Part shown: one piece after another, positions 34,707 through 47,445 of the stretch
Position numbering within the stretch: position 1 is the first letter of the stretch
Layout of the letters: each line of letters opens with the position of its first letter
Source of the DNA: Candidatus Marinacidobacterium sp.
GTDB lineage: Bacteria > Acidobacteriota > Vicinamibacteria > Marinacidobacterales > Marinacidobacteraceae
Direction: 5' to 3'
Assembly: GCA_965204755.1 (NCBI GenBank)
Contig: OZ242011.1
Span: 2,368,001 to 2,432,000 of the forward strand
DNA length: 64,000 nucleotides
Position numbers and translations under genes: made by a program
The notes under the pieces: generated by a model
What the model was told of the DNA's origin: nothing
Database searches by the model: none
The model's input: only the letters and a program-made list of their open reading frames with translations

Positions 34707-36521
34707 GTGATGCCGCAACCGGGCGGTTGGGGCGCGCGGCCGCCGAGGGCCGGGGCGGCCGGGCTCCCGATGTCGTTGAAGCAGGCCGGGGGCGCACCGG
34801 CGCTCGGGCTGCTGCTCGCGGCGGGCCTGCCGCCCGCCGGCGTTTCGTCCGCGGCCGAGCAGGACTTCCGACTCGAGGAGTCGGCGGCGGAGGCCGGAAT
34901 CCGGTTCCGCCACCTGCGCGGCGCTCGCGGGGAACGCCACCCGGTGGAGACGATGGGCTCCGGTGTGGCGGTGCTCGACTACGACGGCGACGGCGCGCCG
35001 GACCTGTTCTTCGTCCGGGGCGGCGAAGTTCCGGGGAGCGGGGCGCCGTCCGCTCCGCCGGGGGCGCTCTTCCGGAACGACGGCAGCGGCGGGTTCACCG
35101 AGGTGAGCGCCGCGGCGGGATTCGGCCGCCCGCCGCCCGGCGTTCCGCCCGGATTCGGCATGGGCGCCGCCGCCGCCGACTACGACGATGACGGCGACCC
35201 CGACCTGTTGGTCACCCGCGCCGGGCCGGACCTCCTCTACGAGAACCGGGGAGACGGTTCGTTCCGTCTCCATCCCGACGGCCCGCTCGCCGCTCCCGCC
35301 GTGCGCGGGCTCCCCGGCGGCTGGAGCGCGAGCGCGGCGTTCTTCGACGCCGACCACGACGGCGACCTCGACCTCTTCGTCACCCGCTACCTCGACTGGA
35401 GCGTGGAGAACAACCCGGAGTGCGCCCGCCGGATCCGCGGCGAGCGCATTCGCTCCTACTGCCTCCCGGACGCCTTCTCCGGCGTCCCCGACCTGCTCTA
35501 CGAGAACCGCGGCGGCTCGTTCGTCCCGGTCCCCGAATCCGCCGGTATCGCGCTGCCGACGGGCAAGGGACTGGGCGTCGTCGCCGCCGACCTCATCGGC
35601 GACCCGCTGCCCGATCTCTATGTGGCGAACGACACGGTTCCGAACTTCCTCTTCGAGAACCTGGGCGGCTGGCGCTTCCGCGAAGTCGGGCTGCCCGCCG
35701 GAGTCGCCTACGACGGCGACGGCAACGCGCTCGCCGGGATGGGTATCGCCCTCGCCGACCTCGAACCGGACGGCGACCCGGACCTGTTCGTCACCAACTT
35801 CTCCGGCGAAGCGAACACGCTCTACGCGATGCGCCGGCGGGGCGTGTTCCGCGATATGTCCTTCCCCTCGGGAGCGGGACGCCCTTCCATCCCGCTCCTC
35901 GGTTTCGGCGCCGTGTTCGCCGACCTGGACAACGACGGCGACCCCGACCTCTGCGTGACCAACGGGCATGTGCTCGACAACGCGGAACTCCTGTTCGCCG
36001 ACGCGTCCTACCGGCAGCCGGACGGCTGCTTCGCGAACCGGGGCGGCGGCCGCTTCGAGCCGGCGTGGACGGCGGCGGCGCCCGCGGTCGGCCGGGGCCT
36101 CGCCGCCGGCGACTTCGACGGCGACGGGCGGGTGGACCTGGCGGCGTCCCGCTCCGGCGAACCCGCGGCGCTGTTCCGGAACGAGACTCCCGGTGGCGGG
36201 AGCGCCCGCCTGCTGCTCGTGGGCCGCGAGTCCAACCGGGACGCGGTCGGCGCGGTCGTCCGGGTCCGCCGGGGGGAGGCGGAGCAGGTCTTCGTCGCGA
36301 CCGCCGGCGACAGTTACCTCTCCACTTCGTCCCGGGTCGCGTGGATCGGCCTCGGCGCCGCCGACAGCCCGCTCCCGGACGCCGCCTCCGTCCGCTGGCC
36401 GTCGGGCCGGGAGGACGCGCTCGGCCCCCTCGCTCCCGGCGCGGTCGCGGTCATCGAAGGCGTCGGCGCGACGGAGATCGGCGCGGGGAGGCGCGGCCCC
36501 GCCCGGCCCGGAACCCCCTGA
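34707..36521 (+). CDS. CRTAC1 / ASPIC-UnbV family FG-GAP repeat protein
   Basis: ETMGSGVAVLDYDGDG, repeated DxDxDGxxDL motifs, GKGLGV, GRGLAAGDFDGDG, SNRDAVGA; start may be ATG 34770. Confidence 0.9.
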   Translation: MMPQPGGWGARPPRAGAAGLPMSLKQAGGAPALGLLLAAGLPPAGVSSAAEQDFRLEESAAEAGIRFRHLRGARGERHPVETMGSGVAVLDYDGDGAPDLFFVRGGEVPGSGAPSAPPGALFRNDGSGGFTEVSAAAGFGRPPPGVPPGFGMGAAAADYDDDGDPDLLVTRAGPDLLYENRGDGSFRLHPDGPLAAPAVRGLPGGWSASAAFFDADHDGDLDLFVTRYLDWSVENNPECARRIRGERIRSYCLPDAFSGVPDLLYENRGGSFVPVPESAGIALPTGKGLGVVAADLIGDPLPDLYVANDTVPNFLFENLGGWRFREVGLPAGVAYDGDGNALAGMGIALADLEPDGDPDLFVTNFSGEANTLYAMRRRGVFRDMSFPSGAGRPSIPLLGFGAVFADLDNDGDPDLCVTNGHVLDNAELLFADASYRQPDGCFANRGGGRFEPAWTAAAPAVGRGLAAGDFDGDGRVDLAASRSGEPAALFRNETPGGGSARLLLVGRESNRDAVGAVVRVRRGEAEQVFVATAGDSYLSTSSRVAWIGLGAADSPLPDAASVRWPSGREDALGPLAPGAVAVIEGVGATEIGAGRRGPARPGTP

Positions 36522-36559
36522 CGATTTCTGGCGCGGCTCTTGGTTACGATCCTTCGGAC

Positions 36560-39753
<3,194 letters not shown>

Positions 39754-39757
<4 letters not shown>

Positions 39758-42700
39758 GACGAGCGCGGCGCCCACCGCCGGTGAGACTGCGGAAGATCCT
39801 CGCGCTCCTGCCCTTCCTGTGTCTGGAGTTCGGGTTCGAGAAGATCGGACGGATCCTCCGGGTGCTGCGGGGCGTGGAAGGCGAACTCGGCGGCGAGCCC
39901 GGCGATGCCGTCCCGGAGGCTCTGTGGAGAGGCGGCGCTTGGGGCGCGGCGGCCCGGAGGGTGTCGGAGGACGATCTGCTCGAATACCACGCGAACATCA
40001 CGACGCTCAGCGAGCGACTGCGCATGACCGCGGCGCGCGGGCGCACCTGGAAACCCCACCAGTACTTGGCGCTGTTGTTCGCGGAGCGTTACTTCGATCG
40101 GTACTTCGGAGACCGGGAAGCCCTCCTGCGGGACCTGAATCGGTTCGCCCCCGGTTCGTGGAACGAGCCGACCTATCGGGACGCGGACCTGCGCCTCCTG
40201 GCGATCCAGAGCGCCACCGGATCGGGCAAGACCCTGCTCATGCACGCGAACATCCTCCAGTACCGGCGCTGCCTCCGCCGGACCGGCGGGCGGCTGAACA
40301 ACATCGTGCTGCTCACGCCGAACGAGCGCATGTCCGAGCAGCACGAGCGCGAATTGCGGGTGAGCGGCCTCCACGCCCGTATTTTCTCGCCCGACGCCCC
40401 GAAGGACCTCTTCCGCCCGGTCGAGATCCTGGACATCAACAAACTGGCGGAGAAGAAGGGCGTAAAGCGGGTCGCGGTGAGCGACTTCGGGGACGACAAC
40501 CTGGTCCTCGTGGACGAAGGACACCTCGGCGCGTCCGGAAAGACCTGGCGGCAGCGGCGGGCAGAACTCGCTCGAGGCGGGTTCACGATCGAGTACTCGG
40601 CCACTTTCGACCAGGTGACCCGGCGTGACGACGATCTTCGCCGGGCCTACGCCAAGTGTCTGCTGTTCGACTACGGGTACCACGACTTCCACGCCGACGG
40701 GTACGGCAAGGACTACACCATCTCCAACCTGCCGCAAGGGATGGAGGACGCCAACAGCGACATGTACCTGCTCGGCTGCCTCCTGACTTTCTACCAGCAG
40801 TGCAGTCTGTACGGGAAGTTGACCGGGGAGCGGCGCCCGTTCCACCTGTCGAGACCCCTGTGGGTGTTCCTGGGCAAGACCGTCCGGGGATCGAGCCGCG
40901 TGGACGAGGAGGCGAAATCCGATGTCCTTCGCATCCTGGACTTCCTCGGCTTCTTCCTCGCGCGGGACGAAGTCGTGACGCCGATGCTCGGCCGCCTTCT
41001 CGAGGGCCGCTCCGGGCTGGCGCACCCGGTGGGCGGCGGCGACTACTTCGCCGGCCGGTTCCGGCATCTCTCCGGGCAAGGCCCGGCTCAACTCTATCGG
41101 GACATCTGCGAAACCCTCTTCCACGCCGCCGGGCGGCTCCGCGTGGTGTACCTGGCGACCGGCGACGGGGAATTGCACCTCCGGGTCGGCGACGCCGACC
41201 CGTTCGGCGTGGTGAATGTGGGGGATTCGGCGGGCCTCTACAAGTTGCTTTCCGGGCGGGAGAATCCGGACTTCGACCTGGAACGGAATCCGGGCTTCTC
41301 GGACCGGCTCTTCCACGAGGTGGATCGGCCCGATTCCCCGGTGACCGTCGTCGTGGGCGCGCGGCGCTTCATCGCCGGCTGGAACAGTTGGCGGGTGAGC
41401 ACGATGGGGCTCATGCATGTCGGCGTCGGGGAAGGCCCCGAAATCATCCAGATGTTCGGTCGGGGAGTGCGCCTGAAGGGTTGGAACCTGACCTTGAAGC
41501 GGCATCGGGAAAGCGGCGGTCCGCCGCCGAGCGACGCCGCGGGTCTCGCGGAACTGGAAACGCTCCACATCTTCGGTCTGCGGGCGAACTACATGGAGGC
41601 ATTCGAACAGATCCTCCGGGAGGAGGGGATCGCCTTCGAACCCGTGGCGCTTCCCGTAACCTGGAACTTCGCCAAGAAGACGGATCTCAAGTTGATCCGT
41701 CGGAAAAGGGATCTCGACTACGAGCAGTCACGCGAGCGCCCCCGTCTGCCCGGCCCGCGGGAACCGCTGCGGCCGAAGGTGGACTTGGATCTGTATTCGC
41801 GTCTCCAGGCGACGGAGTCGGCCGGCGCTTCGACCGAGGCTTCGACCGATGCGGGCCGGAAGGCGCTGAAGTCCCCGCCGACGGAGAAGAATCGCGTCTT
41901 CCTGCCGGATTTCGCCGGCTTCTTCCGCCGCGACCGGGTGTATGCGACCCTGCTCGACCGCAAGCGGCGCCGCGGCTGGCACAACCTGGTCATCGACCGC
42001 GGGACGGTGGACGCCCTGCTCGAGGACGAGGACTGGTACGACCTCCGGATTCCCCCGGCGGCACTCCGCAAGAAGGGTTTCGCTCGAATCCGGCAGTTGG
42101 AGGACATCGCGGTGGCGCTGCTGGCCGAGTACGCGGAGGTCTTCTGGAGGCTGAAGCGGCGGGCTTGGGATCACGAGCGGCTCGAAGTCGTGAGACTGAC
42201 CGCGAACGACCCGAACCACATTCGCGAATACCGGCTCTCCGCGCGCGCCGGGGAGACCGAATTGGTGGAGCAGGTTCGCGCTCTGGCGAAGGATGTGGCG
42301 GCGAATGATGTCCCCGGTCTCTGGACGCTGTGGTACGAGGAACACGCTTACCGGCCGCTTCTCCGGACCGACGAGAAATGCCGCGTAACGGTGCAGCCGG
42401 CCGCCCTGGACAAGAACGAGGCGAAAGTCGTCGACCGGCTCGTGGGCTTGGTTGGGCTACGGCGGTCGTCGGTTCTCGAAGGCCGGGAACTCTTCCTGAT
42501 CCGGAACCTGACCGGAGGCAGGGGCGTCTCCTTCTTCGATGACTTCCACTACTACCCGGACTTCATCGTCTGGCTGAAGGGCGAAGCGGACCAGCATGTC
42601 GTGTTCCTCGACCCGAAGGGCCTCACGAGATTCGGTCGCCGGGAACGGAGCAAGGTCGGTCTCCACGCACAAATCCGCGAGGTCGAGGCGAAGGCGCGCG

Positions 42701-42894
42701 AGTCCGACCCGGATCTCTTCCTCCATTCCTATGTGCTTTCGGTGACGCCGCCGGAAGAGATCGGCGAGGAGGGGCGCTCCCGCGCCGAGTGGGAACGGGA
42801 CGGCGTGTACTTCCTGGACCGGCCGGACTGTCTCCAGCGCGTGATCGCGCACGCGCTGGCCTCCCGGGGCAGCGGGAACGGAGACGGCCCATGA
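39754..42894 (+). CDS. res: Type III restriction endonuclease subunit (Res, SF2 helicase + nuclease)
   Basis: ATGSGKT Walker A, VDEGH, EYSATF, IQMFGRGVRL, C-terminal YPDFIVW...LDPKG; ATGA overlap with mod. Confidence 0.9.
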
Positions 42895-43943
42895 AGGCGA
42901 AACGCGTGGTCCAGGCGGTGGACCTGCATGCGGCGGGGGAGCCCGGGCGGGTGATCGTGGGCGGGGTGCTCGATGTGCCCGGGGACACGATGTTCCGGAA
43001 GATGCAGCACCTCGAGCGGCACGGGGACTCGCTGCGCAAGTGGATGCTGCGGGAGCCGCGCGGGTATCCGGCGGCGAACTGCAACCTGGTGCTCCCGCCG
43101 ACGCATCCGGACGCGGACGCCGGGTTCGTCATCATGGAGCAGACGGAATACCCGCCGATGTCGGGGACGAACACCATGTGCGTCGTCACCGCGCTGCTCG
43201 AGACCGGGATGCTGCCGCCGAAAGAGCCGGTGACGGAGTTGACCCTGGAAACCCCCGCCGGGCTCGTCGAAGTCGAGGCGCGGGTCGAGGGCGGGAAAGT
43301 GACCCGGGTGACCTTCGAGAATGTGCCGGCGTTCGCGGTGCATCTCGATGCCGCGGTGGAAATCCCCACGGTCGGGGAAGTGCGGGTGGACTTGGCCTGG
43401 GGCGGGATGTTCTACGCCATCGCGGACGCCTCCCGGTTCGGGCTGGCCATCGCCCCGGAGCACGGGAAGGAACTCGCGCGGTTCGGGTCGATGGTGAAGC
43501 AGGCGGCGCGGGAGCAACTCGAAGCGGTCCACCCGGAGAACCCGGAGATCTCCCGCGCCAGCATCGGCCAACTCGCCGGGCCCTGGGACCCCGAAACGCG
43601 CACGGCATCGAACGCCGTTTCCGTGGCGACCGGCGACCTGGACTGGGAGCGGCCGGAGACCTGGACCGGCGCGCTCGACCGCTCTCCCTGCGGGACGGGC
43701 ACCTGCGCCCGGATGGCGGCGCTCCACGCGAAGGGCGAACTGGGGATCGGCGAGGACTTCCGCAACCGCGGCCCGGTGGGGACCGAGTTCCTGGGGCGGC
43801 TGCTCCGCGAGACCGAAGTGGGCGGGGTCCCGGCCGTGGTCCCGCAGATCAGCGGCCAGGCCTGGATCACCGGCGCGGCCTCCTACTCGCTCGACCCCTC
43901 CGACCCCTTCCCGGAGGGCTTCACGCTCGGCGACATCTGGTAG
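42891..43943 (+). CDS. proline racemase family protein (Ser/Cys type)
   Basis: HAAGEPGR, LREPRG, PPMSGTN, DRSPCGTG, DPFPEGF. Confidence 0.9.
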   Translation: MKAKRVVQAVDLHAAGEPGRVIVGGVLDVPGDTMFRKMQHLERHGDSLRKWMLREPRGYPAANCNLVLPPTHPDADAGFVIMEQTEYPPMSGTNTMCVVTALLETGMLPPKEPVTELTLETPAGLVEVEARVEGGKVTRVTFENVPAFAVHLDAAVEIPTVGEVRVDLAWGGMFYAIADASRFGLAIAPEHGKELARFGSMVKQAAREQLEAVHPENPEISRASIGQLAGPWDPETRTASNAVSVATGDLDWERPETWTGALDRSPCGTGTCARMAALHAKGELGIGEDFRNRGPVGTEFLGRLLRETEVGGVPAVVPQISGQAWITGAASYSLDPSDPFPEGFTLGDIW

Positions 43944-44102
43944 CCGCCCCGGCCTCGGCCCGAGGCCCGCCGGGGGCGCGGCCGCCGGGACCGCCCCGGC
44001 GCCGGACGCCCGCCCCGGCCCGCCGCGGGAGCCTGACCGGCCGGCGGAATAGAATTACCGGTTCCCCGCTGCGCGGGGCTCATCAGGAGGGTTCTCCCGA
44101 TC

Positions 44103-46199
44103 ATGCTGCACTTTGCTCCTCCGTTCCTTTCGGCGGGCCGGCGTTCGCGGCCCGCCGCCGGTTCGCCGCTCCGCCGCCCCCGCGGCCTCGCGGTCCCGGT
44201 CAGCGCGCCGGCTCTCGCCGCGTCGCTCCTCGCCGGGGCGGCGTTCGCCCAGGAGCCGGCGGAACTGGTGGTGGATCCGCCCGAACTCACGCTCGAAGTG
44301 GGCGACACCGCCCAACTCTCGGCGACCGTGAAGGACGCCGACGGGAACGAGATGGACCGCGGCGTGATCTTCTTCTCCCGCGCCCGCCGGTTCGTCGGCG
44401 TGAACCCGGCGGGGATGGTCGAGGCGCACCGCCCCGGCGAGCACACGCTGGTGGCCATGACGCCCCGCGAGCCGGGGGTCATGAACCGGCGCGCGGACAT
44501 GGCCCTGATGGTCGAGATCCCGGTTACGGTGGCGTTCCCGCCCCTCGAGCGGATCACCATCGCCCCGCTGCCGGCGAACCTCTACGCCGGGACTTCGCTG
44601 CCGGTCGGCGCGCTCGCCGTGGACGCCTCCGGCGCCGAGCGGAAACCGGACTTCGAGTGGGCGTCGTCGGACTCCGGGGTCGCCGGCGTGAGTGAACACG
44701 GCGTCCTGATGCTGCATCGCGAAGGCCGGACGACGCTCTCGGCGAGCGCCGAGTCGGTCGCCGGGGAAGTGGAACTCACCGTCCGGGCGAACCCGGCGGC
44801 GCGGCTCGAACTCACCGCGGACACGGAAGAAGCGCGCACCGGCGATGTGGTGTGGTTCGAGGCCCGCGCGCTCGACGAGGGCGGCAGCGAAGTCCCGGAC
44901 TTCCCGCTCGCGTTCGCCGCCTTCACCCGGACGCCGGACAACCTGGTGGCGCCGGGCGCGGCCGCCTTCGTGGAGCCGGACGGGGCCTTCGTCGCCGAGC
45001 GCCCCGGCCTCCACACCGTCGTGGTCTCCGGCGGCGGCCTGACCGCCCGGCGCGCGATCCGCGCGGTCCCCCGCAATGTGCGGAAGGACTGGGAGATCGT
45101 GGGCCGGGGGCCGGTGCGCGACCGCCATACCTCCGACCTGTGGGTCTGGGAGGGGCTCGACGGGCGCGACTACGCGATCACCGGCACCTGGGGCGCGGAC
45201 GGACACGCCTACTTCTGGGATGTGACCGATCCGGCGAGCATCCACTTGGTGGACACCGTGCGGGTGGACGCGCGCACGGTGAACGATGTGAAGGTGTCCG
45301 CCGACGGGAAGTTCGCGGTCATCAGCCGGGAGGGCGCTTCGAACCGCAAGAACGGGCTGGTCATCCTCGATGTGGCGAACCCGACCGACGGCGTCCGCAT
45401 CCTCGCGAGATACGACGACCAACTCAGCGGCGGCGTCCACAATGTCTTCGTGGCGGAGGAACACATCCTCGCGCTCTCCGCCGGCCGCAGGTACGACATC
45501 CTGAACGCCGAAGACCCGGCGAATCCCTACCGGGTGGGCCGCTTCGAACTCGACACGCCCGGCCACGGGATCCACGATGTCTGGGTCGAGGACGGCATCG
45601 CCTACTCGTCGAACTGGGCCGACGGCGTGGTGGCGGTGGACATCGGCGGGGGCGGCAAGGGCGGCGCGCCGAACAACCCGGTGATGATGGGCAGTTTCCG
45701 GTATCCCAACGGCTGGAACCACGCCGGATTCCCCTACCGCAGCCAGTCCACCGGCAAGATGCTGGTCTTCGCCGGCGACGAGAACTTCCCGTATTCCTTC
45801 GAGCCGGAAGGCGACCTGCCGGACCGGGCCGCCGGCTGGGTCCACATCGGGGAATGGGACGAGTCGGGAGACGCCCGGGAAGTGGCGCGGTACCAGGTGC
45901 CCGAGGCGGGCAGCCACAACCTCTGGGTGGAGGACGACATCCTCTATGTGGGCTACTACAACGGCGGCCTGCGCGTGGTGGATGTTTCCGGCGACCTGCG
46001 GGGCGACCTCTACCGGCAGGGGCGGGAGATCGCGTTCTTCGAACCGGCCGATCCGCAGGGCTACAAGAAGAACGCCCCCTTCGTCTGGGGGCCGCAGCCG
46101 TTCAAGGGGCACATCTTCTTCTCCGACTGGAACTCCGGGCTCTGGGCCGTGAAACTGGTGGACCCGGAGACGCCGCGCAACATGGGAGAACCGAATTGA
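44103..46199 (+). CDS. secreted Ig-like (Big_2) + LVIVD-repeat beta-propeller protein, copy 1
   Basis: Signal peptide, Ig-like repeats (LEVGDTAQLSATVKDADG; WASSD), LVILDV/LRVVDV repeats, HN/HD motifs. Confidence 0.8.
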   Translation: MLHFAPPFLSAGRRSRPAAGSPLRRPRGLAVPVSAPALAASLLAGAAFAQEPAELVVDPPELTLEVGDTAQLSATVKDADGNEMDRGVIFFSRARRFVGVNPAGMVEAHRPGEHTLVAMTPREPGVMNRRADMALMVEIPVTVAFPPLERITIAPLPANLYAGTSLPVGALAVDASGAERKPDFEWASSDSGVAGVSEHGVLMLHREGRTTLSASAESVAGEVELTVRANPAARLELTADTEEARTGDVVWFEARALDEGGSEVPDFPLAFAAFTRTPDNLVAPGAAAFVEPDGAFVAERPGLHTVVVSGGGLTARRAIRAVPRNVRKDWEIVGRGPVRDRHTSDLWVWEGLDGRDYAITGTWGADGHAYFWDVTDPASIHLVDTVRVDARTVNDVKVSADGKFAVISREGASNRKNGLVILDVANPTDGVRILARYDDQLSGGVHNVFVAEEHILALSAGRRYDILNAEDPANPYRVGRFELDTPGHGIHDVWVEDGIAYSSNWADGVVAVDIGGGGKGGAPNNPVMMGSFRYPNGWNHAGFPYRSQSTGKMLVFAGDENFPYSFEPEGDLPDRAAGWVHIGEWDESGDAREVARYQVPEAGSHNLWVEDDILYVGYYNGGLRVVDVSGDLRGDLYRQGREIAFFEPADPQGYKKNAPFVWGPQPFKGHIFFSDWNSGLWAVKLVDPETPRNMGEPN

Positions 46200-47371
46200 C
46201 GCTGTTTCCCGCGGGCTTCCCCGCCCGCTTCTTCGCCCGCCTGCTCACGCCGGCGCTGTCGGCTGCGTTCGCCTTCGCGCCCGCGGCGCCGGCCTTCTCG
46301 GAAGACCCGGCGCCGCCGAAGCGGAACTACTTCGTCTATGTCTGCGCCGAGTCCGACGACACGGTGCACCTGCTTCGCTACGGCCCCGGCGGCCTCGACG
46401 AAGTCGACGAGATCACCGTCGGCAGTTTCCCGACGGAGACGGAAGGGCCGCACGGGATCCGCATCTCCCCGGACGGCCGCCACTGGTATCTCTCCATCGC
46501 GCACGGAATGCCGTTCGGCTCGCTCCACAAGTACGAGACCGGAACGAACGAATGGCTCGGGGACGCCACGCTCGGGATGTTCCCGGCGACGATGGACATT
46601 TCGCCGAGCACCGGGCTCCTCTATGTGGTGAACTTCAACCTCCACGGCGACATGGAGCCGAGCACGATCTCGGTGGTGGAGACCGGCACCATGATCGAAG
46701 TGGCGACCATCGCCACCGGGGTCATGCCGCACGGCGCGCGCGCCGACCGCAGCGGCAGCCGGATCTACTCGGTGAACATGATGGACGACGAACTCGTCGA
46801 AGTGGATACCGCGCGGTTCGAGATCGCCCGCCGGCTCCCGCTCGGAACGGATCCGCACGCCGGTCACACCGGCATGGCCCATTCGGCCATGGACGACGGC
46901 GGAGACATGGGCGGCATGAGGATGCCGGTCGTGAAACCCACCTGGGCGACGAGCCCGACGCCCGCCGGCAAGGTCTATGTGGCCGGGAACGGCGACAGCG
47001 CGATCTACGAAGTGGATCTCGACGACTGGAACATCTCCCGCCGTTTCGACGCCGGCCCGGGCGAAAACCCCTACAACCTGGAAGCGACTTCCGACGGGGG
47101 GGTGCTGGTCGCCACCAACAAGTCCGGCTCGAAGGTCGTCTTCTGGGACCTCGACTCCGGCGAAGTGATCGCCGCTCCCGAGACCACCCGGCGCGTGCCG
47201 CACGGCGTGGTCGTTTCCGACGACGACCGCTACGCCTTCGTGACCCTGGAAGGCGTAGGCGGCGAGCCGGGAACGCTCGAGGTCTATGACATCGGCGCCG
47301 CGACGCGGGTCGCCGACATCGCCGTGGGCAAACAGGCCGGCGGCATCGCCTTCTGGAAGGCCGAGCCGTGA
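46196..47371 (+). CDS. YncE/YVTN-type beta-propeller protein
   Basis: YFVYVCAESDD, GPHGIRISPDG, LYVVNFNLHG, TGVMPHG, PHGVVVSDDDRYAFVT; TTG start overlaps the upstream stop. Confidence 0.8.
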   Translation: MTLFPAGFPARFFARLLTPALSAAFAFAPAAPAFSEDPAPPKRNYFVYVCAESDDTVHLLRYGPGGLDEVDEITVGSFPTETEGPHGIRISPDGRHWYLSIAHGMPFGSLHKYETGTNEWLGDATLGMFPATMDISPSTGLLYVVNFNLHGDMEPSTISVVETGTMIEVATIATGVMPHGARADRSGSRIYSVNMMDDELVEVDTARFEIARRLPLGTDPHAGHTGMAHSAMDDGGDMGGMRMPVVKPTWATSPTPAGKVYVAGNGDSAIYEVDLDDWNISRRFDAGPGENPYNLEATSDGGVLVATNKSGSKVVFWDLDSGEVIAAPETTRRVPHGVVVSDDDRYAFVTLEGVGGEPGTLEVYDIGAATRVADIAVGKQAGGIAFWKAEP

Positions 47372-47445
47372 CCCGCAGCGCGAATCCCCCATCCCGCGAG
47401 GCGACTTCGCCCGCTTCCGGGCGCACCCCGCCCGAGGAGGAACCC

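Noticed and set aside
35420-36559. Apparent 1445-aa Mod fusion in the ORF track
   Set aside because: The extra N-terminus is an off-frame read of the CRTAC1 gene; Mod-like sequence begins at ATG 36560.
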